DNA of 64,000 bases from a virus, in the IMG/VR virus record IMGVR_UViG_3300033150_001583, positions 8,849 to 72,848 of that record, one strand, 5' to 3'. Numbering within the stretch: position 1 is the first letter of the stretch; the number at the start of each line of letters is the position of its first letter. The notes beneath the pieces are model-generated. The model did not search any database. It saw only the letters and a list, made by a program, of their open reading frames with translations, and was not told where the DNA came from. Positions 56,884-64,000 of this stretch are shown one piece after another. The position numbers and the translations under genes were made by a program.

Positions 56884-57360
56884 GTGAGTTTTTTGGTACA
56901 GATTAAAGTTAAAAAAATCGGCGGGGCTAGTGGTATTGATAATATTCCTAAAAAGGCCACAGCAGGAAGTGCTGGTGTTGATTTAGTTGCAGTTGATTTT
57001 AAATATGGCAATAAAGAGTTCCAAAAAGAGTTTATACTCAAACCTGGTTGTTCTGTTTTAGTTAGGACGGGAATATGTGTCGAAATTCCTGAAGGATATG
57101 AGATGCAAATTCGACCTCGCAGTGGATTAGCTTTGAAGTATGGAATTACTGTTTTAAACAGTCCAGGTACTATTGATTCTGATTATAGAAATGAGGTTGG
57201 TGTTATTTTAATTAATCACGGCAAGAGACCTTTTAAAATACGAGCAGGAGATCGCATTGCTCAGGCTGTAGTTAAACCTGTTCCTGAAGTAGAATACGTT
57301 GAGGTTGACGAATTGTCTGAAACTGAACGCAAAGGTGGGTTTGGTAGTACAGGTAAGTAG
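56884..57360 (+). CDS. dut: dUTPase (trimeric)
   Basis: 'AGSAGVDL', 'IRPRSGLA', 'GTIDSDYR', 'GDRIAQ', 'RKGGFGSTG'. Confidence 0.95.
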   Translation: MSFLVQIKVKKIGGASGIDNIPKKATAGSAGVDLVAVDFKYGNKEFQKEFILKPGCSVLVRTGICVEIPEGYEMQIRPRSGLALKYGITVLNSPGTIDSDYRNEVGVILINHGKRPFKIRAGDRIAQAVVKPVPEVEYVEVDELSETERKGGFGSTGK

Positions 57361-57561
57361 TTGAGGGGGTTGGATAAGTTGGTATCTATGCAGAGAGAAA
57401 AGAACGAGGAGATTCTTGAATATCAAAAAATATGCGATGACTGCATGAGAGGATGCAAGGCTGTCAAAAAGGTTAAGAAAAAATCATCTGGTAAAATTAT
57501 AATTTTTGGTGATCTTGTTGTTTGTCCTAAGTTCGAAAAGAAAAAGAAAAATAAGGAATAA
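57361..57561 (+). CDS. Small Cys-rich hypothetical protein
   Basis: CDDC...C...CPKF pattern. Confidence 0.45.
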   Translation: MRGLDKLVSMQREKNEEILEYQKICDDCMRGCKAVKKVKKKSSGKIIIFGDLVVCPKFEKKKKNKE

Positions 57562-57574
57562 AGAATGATGGAAA

Positions 57575-58207
57575 ATGAAAATACAAGGATATATAGTTAA
57601 AGGAAAAGGCACTTATTATAAGGTGTGTCAAGAGGTCTGGGAGAATTACGAAGTTTACTTATTTGATAAAAAATGTCCTAGAAACCAGTGGGTAAAAGAT
57701 AGTTCAACAGTCGAGCCTGAATTTTTTCTTGACGGCGAAAAAATTCCTCATGAGTTAGAGGAGTTGGAATGGCGGGAGCCACCTGATGAGTATGACTTTG
57801 AAATTTTAGAGCATCCTTTTTATGCATATGTTTATAAGAATTGGGTGGCATCTAAGTGGATTACTAGGGATATTAAAACGGGCATGAAGGTTTTCAGAAA
57901 AGAAATTCCTCCCCGATCTCTTGACACTATGGCTATTCCTTTAAGAGAAATAAGACATCTTTTACCATGGAAAATTAAATATCGTAAATTTTTTGATAGA
58001 CTTGAAAAACAGCTTGATGTTAGGCTTAACTATTATCGTGAACTCGAAATAACAAAAATTTCGCGGGGAGAATTTAAAAGAATTTTTGTTCCTTTTGATA
58101 GGAAAGAAGTTTTTGATAACTATTTTGAGGCCAAGAATTATGTAGATTATCTAACTGATTTTATTAAGGAAAAGATAAGGGAGGAAAATATTTATGGAAA
58201 CCGTTAA
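57575..58207 (+). CDS. Hypothetical protein
   Basis: 210 aa ORF in operon context. Confidence 0.55.
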   Translation: MKIQGYIVKGKGTYYKVCQEVWENYEVYLFDKKCPRNQWVKDSSTVEPEFFLDGEKIPHELEELEWREPPDEYDFEILEHPFYAYVYKNWVASKWITRDIKTGMKVFRKEIPPRSLDTMAIPLREIRHLLPWKIKYRKFFDRLEKQLDVRLNYYRELEITKISRGEFKRIFVPFDRKEVFDNYFEAKNYVDYLTDFIKEKIREENIYGNR

Positions 58208-59180
58208 GGAAATAGTAGATAAAAGTACGATGCCTTATTATTTGGATAAAGAAATGATTTGCGCGAAATTCGCACTTTTTACTCATGGCGAAGATATAGA
58301 TGGGGCAGGTTGTGAAGTTCTCTATGACAAAATCTTTAGCTCATATATTTCACTATATTTTAAGTGCAATTATAAGGATGTGAAAGATAGACTTAGTAAG
58401 TTTATTGAAGAAGATGATTCTTCTTTTATCTTTATCACTGATCTAAGTTTTAAAGAAGATCAAGATAAAGACATAATTGAAGAGCTTGATCGACGTGGTA
58501 ACGTAAAACTTATTGATCATCACAAAACTTCTTTGTGGTTGAACGATTATAAATGGGCTACTGTAGATACTAGTAAATGTGCTACTTATTTGTTTTATAA
58601 GTATCTAATTGATGGTTATATATACAAAGAATATCCTCTTAATCGAATCTATAATAAAGATATTTTGAGTGTTTTAGGTAATTATTTGGATTTCGTAGAA
58701 CTTACAAATGATTATGATTTGTATTTAAAGAAAAATCCTTTATCTTCTGATATGGATATGTTTTATAAAGTAGTTGGACATGATGCTTATGTAAATAGAT
58801 TTTTAGATAATCCAGAAGTACGATTTAATTTATTTGAACAATTGATAATAGACCATGGCTATAGAAAGCGTGAAGAATATATAAATAAAGTTTTGGCTAC
58901 TATGATATGGACAACAGATAAGAATGGAAATTTTGTTGGTTTTGTTATAGCTGATAAAAAATATGCTAGTTATATAGGACAAAAAGCTTTTGAAACTACT
59001 TCTTGTGATTATATTACGATAATTGATCCTGTAAATATGGAAGCAAGTTTACGTTCTAATGGTAAAGTTGATGTTTCTAAGATAGCTGAAAAATTTGGCG
59101 GCGGAGGACATCCTAATGCGGCTGGTTTCCCGTTGAAAGGAAATATTAATAATAAGTTGGTGGGTGATTTTCTTGTATAA
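58194..59180 (+). CDS. DHH/DHHA1 phosphoesterase (NrnA-like)
   Basis: 'THGEDIDG', 'ITDLS', 'IDHH', C-terminal 'FGGGGHPNAAG'. Confidence 0.9.
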   Translation: METVKEIVDKSTMPYYLDKEMICAKFALFTHGEDIDGAGCEVLYDKIFSSYISLYFKCNYKDVKDRLSKFIEEDDSSFIFITDLSFKEDQDKDIIEELDRRGNVKLIDHHKTSLWLNDYKWATVDTSKCATYLFYKYLIDGYIYKEYPLNRIYNKDILSVLGNYLDFVELTNDYDLYLKKNPLSSDMDMFYKVVGHDAYVNRFLDNPEVRFNLFEQLIIDHGYRKREEYINKVLATMIWTTDKNGNFVGFVIADKKYASYIGQKAFETTSCDYITIIDPVNMEASLRSNGKVDVSKIAEKFGGGGHPNAAGFPLKGNINNKLVGDFLV

Positions 59181-59586
59181 TATCATAATTAATTATTTAC
59201 CAAAAGAGACTGTTCGTTGGGGAGATGAATTGATTTTTGCCCCGCCCCGAAATTTTTTGGGGCGGGTAGTAGAAAAAATACTCCGTAAGTTAGGTTGGGT
59301 AAAGTTGAATTTTTATGTTACTTATGAAAGGGTAAAAATACCTTCTCGTAAATTATCTAAGTTAATACTTGATGTTTATGAGGAATATTTAAAGATGGGG
59401 AAAAGACCAACGAAAGTTATCTTGGGCCAAGAACAGATGAATAGTTTAGAAATTGAGTATAATCAAATGGTGCCTACCTCTTTTTATCTTGATGTTTATA
59501 ATTGTGATATAAAAGAAATATATGGTATGCAAGTTGAACTTAATCCTCTTATTGACGGAGTAGTAATGACCAATTTTGAGGAATGA
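59164..59586 (+). CDS. Hypothetical protein
   Basis: ORF overlapping the DHH stop. Confidence 0.5.
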   Translation: MIFLYNIIINYLPKETVRWGDELIFAPPRNFLGRVVEKILRKLGWVKLNFYVTYERVKIPSRKLSKLILDVYEEYLKMGKRPTKVILGQEQMNSLEIEYNQMVPTSFYLDVYNCDIKEIYGMQVELNPLIDGVVMTNFEE

Positions 59587-59598
59587 GGAGGTTCAAGA

Positions 59599-59799
59599 TT
59601 GAGTAGTATTTCAGTTGATATTTCTAAGACTACCTGTCCTAGTTGTCGTAAGAAATTTTATGAGTTTTCTCACTCTCTTTATAGCAATTGTCCTTTTTGT
59701 GGTAGTAACTTAGCAGAGAGTGGTATCGAGCAAGAATTTGAGACTATAACTTTAGAAATCGACCCTCACACTGGTGAAATCAAACAAAGAAAGGGTTAG
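59599..59799 (+). CDS. Zinc-ribbon protein
   Basis: CPSC...CPFCG; AGGAGG RBS. Confidence 0.6.
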   Translation: MSSISVDISKTTCPSCRKKFYEFSHSLYSNCPFCGSNLAESGIEQEFETITLEIDPHTGEIKQRKG

Positions 59800-59824
59800 G
59801 GCTAAAAGTTAAGGGTAAAGCAAG

Positions 59825-62800
59825 GTGGTGAGGTTGGCAAAGTACATTCCACTTCATGTCCATACTCATGATTCTTTGTTAGATGGAATGATTAGATCTG
59901 AAGAATATATCAAGAAAGTGAAAGAAATGGGTATGGAGGCTTGTGCTATCACTGACCATGGAGTTATGGGGGGAGTGCCTAACTTCTATAAAAAATGCCG
60001 CGAAGAAAAAATTAAGCCTATTATTGGTTTTGAAGCTTATGTTGTTGATAATATAAATGTTAAAGATAGAGACCAAATTTGTCACTTGGTTTTGCTTGCT
60101 AAGAACCTTGAAGGATATAGAAATTTGGTTCGGTTGACTTCTCTTGGGCATATAAAAGGGTTTTATTACAAACCCAGACTTGACTTTGAAATGCTTAAAC
60201 AATACAAAGAAGGAATTATTGCTCTTAGTGCTTGTGTTGCAGGTCATATACCTAGAATGCTTTTAAATGGGGATTTTAATAAAGCCCAAGAGTACGTGAA
60301 TAAATATCTTGATATATTTAGAGATGATTTTTATATAGAAGTCCAAAATAATGGACTATCTGAACAAGCTAAAGTACTTCCCTACCTTTATGAAATTGCT
60401 GACAGAAATGGAATACCGATTGTGGCGACTACTGATGCTCATTATTTAAGTAAAGAGGATGCGGAGGCGCATAGGGTTCTTTTATGTATTCAGGTCGGTA
60501 AAACATTAGAAGAGTTAGAAGAAGGTGGTGGTTTCGAGGGATTCTGGAGCAGTGATCAATTCTATGTACTTTCTCCTGAAGAGATGGAGAGTGTATTTAA
60601 AAATAGATTAGATGCATTAGATAACACACTAGATATAGCAAATAAGTGCAACTTAATTATATCTGAGCTTGAAGAAACTAAATACAGGTTTCCAAAATTT
60701 TCGCCGCCAAAAAATTTGACAGCAGATCAATACTTAAGAAGAATAAGTAAAGTTAATTTAGTTAAGAAGTACTTAGATAAACCTAACTTTGATGAGTATT
60801 ACGAAAGAATGAGTTATGAATTGGATATAATTAGCAAGTTAGGATTTTCTACTTATTTTTTGGTGTTGAGAGATATAATTAAGTGGGCCAAAAAACAGGG
60901 AATTAGAGTTGGCAAATGTCGTGGCAGTGCAGGTGGGTGTTTGGTTTCTGATTTAGTTGGAATAACTGATATAGATCCAATAGAATTTAATCTAATATTT
61001 GAGAGGTTTTTAAATCCTGACAGAGTTTCTCTTCCAGACATTGACGTCGATATAGCGGATGATCGCAGACATGAAGTCATCGAATATCTGTACGAAAAGT
61101 ATGGCAGAGATAAAGTTTGCCATATAGGTACATTTGGAACTTTGTCTTTGAAAGCCGTCATTAAAGATGTAGCAAGAACTTTGGGTTATGACTTTAGTAA
61201 AATTAATAAGTTCACCAAGAATTTACCTGATGAAATTACTCTCAACGATTTAAGAGAATACGATGAGTTGCCTTTTGATAAAAAAGTTATTGATTATGCA
61301 GCTAAGTTAGAGGGATTAAAACGCCATGATTCTGCTCATGCTGCTGGGGTTATTATTTCACCTGTTCCAATTACTGATTATGTACCTTTGCGAGTACAGG
61401 AAGGCGAGATTGTATCCCAGCTAGATATGCATGAGTTAGAATTAATTGGTTTTGTTAAGTTTGATTTATTGGGATTACGTACTTTATCAGTAATTGAAAA
61501 CACAGTTCAGTTAATTAAAGAAAATCGAGGTATTGATTTAGATATTGACAATATTCCCCTTGATGATGAAAAGACATGGACATTATTTAGGTATGGTAAA
61601 ACTACTGGTGTGTTTCAGGTTGAAAAAGGAATTAGAGGATTGTTAACTGATATGCAAGCTTCTCAATTTAGTGACCTAGTTGCAGCTTTGGCCCTTTACC
61701 GTCCTGGGCCACTTTCAGCCAAAGATGAAGATGGCAAAACGATGGTTGAACATTATATTGATAGAAAACTAGGCAAGGAAAAAATAACATATGACCATCC
61801 TAAACTTGAACCAATCCTAAAAGAAACATACGGAATTATTGTTTATCAAGAACAAGTAATGAATATTGCAAGAGTTTTGGCTGGGTATACAAATTCTGAG
61901 GCTGATACTCTCAGGAAGGTAGTTGGTAAGAAGTTAGTAGATAAGATTCCTGAACAAAGGGAAAAATTTATTTCTGGTTGCATTAAGAATGGAGTTAAAA
62001 AAGAGATAGCGGAAAATATATTTAGTAAAATAGAGGGATTCGGTCGCTACGGCTTTAATTTGTCTCACAGTACAGGATATGCTCTAATTTCGTATCAAAC
62101 AGCATACTTAAAAGCTAATTATCCAATAGAATATATGTGCGCTTTAATCAGTTCTGTTGCGGGTGATAAAGATAAGATTAAGATGTATCTCAAAGAAGCT
62201 CAAAAAATGGGGGTTGTAGTTCTTCCTCCTGATATTAATAAGAGCCAAGAAAATTTTACATTAGAGGATGGAGTAATAAGGTTTGGTTTTTGTGCTGTAA
62301 AAAATTTTGGCAAAAGAGGAATAAAACAACTAATGGAGATTAGAAAAGATGGGCCTATAGAAAGTTTAAAGGATTTTCTGTTACGCATTAAAGATTCTCG
62401 TTCCATAGATAAAAAAGCTATTGAAAGTCTTATTAAGGTTGGAGCTTTTGATGGAGTGGAGAAACATAACCGCAGGACGTTATTGGAAAATTTGCCTGCA
62501 TTGTTGGAATTGATAAAGAAAATGAAAGGCAAAATTAGGAAAGGGTTTAGTAATATTTCTGAATTACACGAACCAATAATTGAATACAAATATGAGATTA
62601 AACCAGAATATTCTTCTAAAGAACTTAGAAAAATGGAAAAAGAAATTGTAAAAGTTTCTCTTAAAGCTACTCAAGTTAACCTTTATACTAAAAATTTTCG
62701 GCGGTTCAAAATTAAAGAGATAAGAGATGTATATGAAACTAAACCTGATAAAGTCGTCTTTATTGCTGGAGCTATAGACAATTTCAGTACAAGCACAATA

Positions 62801-63022
62801 AAGAAAAAAGGCAAAAATTACGGCAAGGAAATGGCTATTTTTGAGCTTACAGATAATACGGGTAGTATTAAGTGTATTGCTTTTCCTGATCAGTACAAAA
62901 AATACAAGTTAAAACTTAAAGAAGATAATATTATCCTTATCAAGGGGGTGGTTAAAGAGTATAACGCGGAGAAGGAAATTTATGTAAATAAAGTCCAAAA
63001 ACTTAAATTGGAGGAGGAATAG
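59825..63022 (+). CDS. dnaE: DNA polymerase III alpha subunit
   Basis: PHP 'LHVHT..SLLDG', 'TDHG'; 'RGSAGG', 'FERFLNP.R..LPDIDVD', 'KFDLLGL', C-terminal OB fold. Confidence 0.95.
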   Translation: MVRLAKYIPLHVHTHDSLLDGMIRSEEYIKKVKEMGMEACAITDHGVMGGVPNFYKKCREEKIKPIIGFEAYVVDNINVKDRDQICHLVLLAKNLEGYRNLVRLTSLGHIKGFYYKPRLDFEMLKQYKEGIIALSACVAGHIPRMLLNGDFNKAQEYVNKYLDIFRDDFYIEVQNNGLSEQAKVLPYLYEIADRNGIPIVATTDAHYLSKEDAEAHRVLLCIQVGKTLEELEEGGGFEGFWSSDQFYVLSPEEMESVFKNRLDALDNTLDIANKCNLIISELEETKYRFPKFSPPKNLTADQYLRRISKVNLVKKYLDKPNFDEYYERMSYELDIISKLGFSTYFLVLRDIIKWAKKQGIRVGKCRGSAGGCLVSDLVGITDIDPIEFNLIFERFLNPDRVSLPDIDVDIADDRRHEVIEYLYEKYGRDKVCHIGTFGTLSLKAVIKDVARTLGYDFSKINKFTKNLPDEITLNDLREYDELPFDKKVIDYAAKLEGLKRHDSAHAAGVIISPVPITDYVPLRVQEGEIVSQLDMHELELIGFVKFDLLGLRTLSVIENTVQLIKENRGIDLDIDNIPLDDEKTWTLFRYGKTTGVFQVEKGIRGLLTDMQASQFSDLVAALALYRPGPLSAKDEDGKTMVEHYIDRKLGKEKITYDHPKLEPILKETYGIIVYQEQVMNIARVLAGYTNSEADTLRKVVGKKLVDKIPEQREKFISGCIKNGVKKEIAENIFSKIEGFGRYGFNLSHSTGYALISYQTAYLKANYPIEYMCALISSVAGDKDKIKMYLKEAQKMGVVVLPPDINKSQENFTLEDGVIRFGFCAVKNFGKRGIKQLMEIRKDGPIESLKDFLLRIKDSRSIDKKAIESLIKVGAFDGVEKHNRRTLLENLPALLELIKKMKGKIRKGFSNISELHEPIIEYKYEIKPEYSSKELRKMEKEIVKVSLKATQVNLYTKNFRRFKIKEIRDVYETKPDKVVFIAGAIDNFSTSTIKKKGKNYGKEMAIFELTDNTGSIKCIAFPDQYKKYKLKLKEDNIILIKGVVKEYNAEKEIYVNKVQKLKLEEE

Positions 63023-63023
63023 T

Positions 63024-63254
63024 ATGAGTATTTTTGATTTCACTCAAGAAAAAGAAAAACGTTATTTGGGCTGCCATAAGGATGGAGATGTATTTGTCAT
63101 TGATATTTTTAAAAAAATAGATAATCACTATTATCACATAGAATCATTTGAATTACCTACAAAGGAGGCTTTACAGGAAGAGATTGAAAGATTAAAAGAG
63201 GAATATGAAATACCCAATATAGCAAAAGCAGAAAAACAGATAGAAGAGATATAA
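63024..63254 (+). CDS. Hypothetical protein
   Basis: GGAGGAGG RBS. Confidence 0.5.
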   Translation: MSIFDFTQEKEKRYLGCHKDGDVFVIDIFKKIDNHYYHIESFELPTKEALQEEIERLKEEYEIPNIAKAEKQIEEI

Positions 63255-63271
63255 GGCGAGGGAGTGGTTAG

Positions 63272-64000
63272 GTGAAAATAGATTATATTTCTGCAAGTAG
63301 GATTAATACTTATCTTAATTGTCCGCATCAGTATTATTTGGTGTATCATAAAAATTATTGGATGGACAATGAGGCAACAAGGTTTGGTACTTTAATGCAC
63401 GACACGATAGAACACACTTTAACTGATTATGGTGATGATATTAATCCGATCGAAACTGGAGTTGAGTTATTCAAAACTTTTTGGTCTAAGGGAAATCTTA
63501 GAAATAAGGAATATTTTGATATGGGGATTGAAATCATAAAACGGTTTTTTGAGCAAAACGATTATCTTGAGTTTAAAAGTAAGCTATTTGTGCCACCCGA
63601 AAAAAAATTTACTATTGAACTGGCACCTGGGGTTAAAGCATTAGGATTTATTGATATCTTACTTAAAGAGGACAAGAAGACAATTCATGTGGTAGATTTC
63701 AAAACCAGCTCTATAAGCAAAACATACACAGAAGCCAAGGACGACATACAAATGGGTCTTTATGATTTGGCTATTAGCGAAATGTTTCCTGAGTTTGAAA
63801 ATGTTTTGTTGACATTGTATTACTTGCGTACTGGCGAGAAAGTGACTACTACCCGCACCGAAAAAGAAAGAAATAGACTTAGAGATTTTTTAGTTGCTAC
63901 TTATTATCAAATTAAAGAAGACAAAACACATGAAAAAGTTTTGAATAACTTTTGTCATTGGTGTCCAGGTAAACATGAGTGTAGTGAGTATAAGAAGGCT
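63272..64000 (+). CDS. PD-(D/E)xK nuclease with Fe-S cysteines (Cas4/AddB-like), runs to the window edge
   Basis: Not in the ORF track. GTG at 63272: MKIDYISASRINTYLNCPHQYY..., 'GFIDIL', 'VVDFKT', 'Q...Y', C-terminal 'CHWCPGKHEC'. Confidence 0.8.
   Translation, partial: MKIDYISASRINTYLNCPHQYYLVYHKNYWMDNEATRFGTLMHDTIEHTLTDYGDDINPIETGVELFKTFWSKGNLRNKEYFDMGIEIIKRFFEQNDYLEFKSKLFVPPEKKFTIELAPGVKALGFIDILLKEDKKTIHVVDFKTSSISKTYTEAKDDIQMGLYDLAISEMFPEFENVLLTLYYLRTGEKVTTTRTEKERNRLRDFLVATYYQIKEDKTHEKVLNNFCHWCPGKHECSEYKKA

Noticed and set aside
45537-63022. Inteins or introns in recA, dnaB, nrdD or dnaE
   Set aside because: All have normal lengths and continuous motifs; the only intein-like sequence is the free-standing ORF at 52433.
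1-64000. Stop-codon reassignment, tRNA or rRNA genes
   Set aside because: Genes are full length under code 11 and end in TAA, TAG and TGA; no cloverleaf or rRNA-like sequence was recognised.

Overview
This 64 kb window is part of a large, AT-rich, tailed dsDNA phage or prophage genome, and almost all genes lie on the + strand. It looks siphovirus-like: no sheath gene is visible and the tape measure is very long. The host is probably an anaerobic Bacillota/clostridial organism, inferred from GGAGG RBSs, sigmaA promoters, NrdD/NrdG and copper-amine-oxidase 'stalk' domains. Gene order: scaffold/capsid (1-2.7 kb), neck and tail (to 20.5 kb), fibres/receptor-binding proteins (20.5-29.5 kb), an unusual enzyme island inside the tail module (29.5-41.4 kb), subtilase and lysis genes (41.9-44.8 kb), then recombination, replication and nucleotide metabolism (RecA, DnaB, primase, SSB, NrdG/NrdD, dUTPase, DHH, DnaE, Cas4-like nuclease). 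Standouts: (1) a catalytically intact Cas12f with tracrRNA and mini CRISPR array, plus a second orphan tracrRNA+repeat+guide unit about 6 kb away showing compensatory base changes, and a terminal guide matching the phage's own primase gene; (2) a tail-embedded modification island with ParB-fold domains fused to a fibre-chaperone-like domain, four radical SAM enzymes, a nonulosonate (KDN/Neu-like) pathway and two RiPP-like D/S/N-rich peptides; (3) a free-standing intein-derived protein that has lost both splicing and nuclease catalytic residues; (4) a strand-biased dispersed motif AAATTTTCGCGG. Family calls come from motif recognition by eye; no database search was run.
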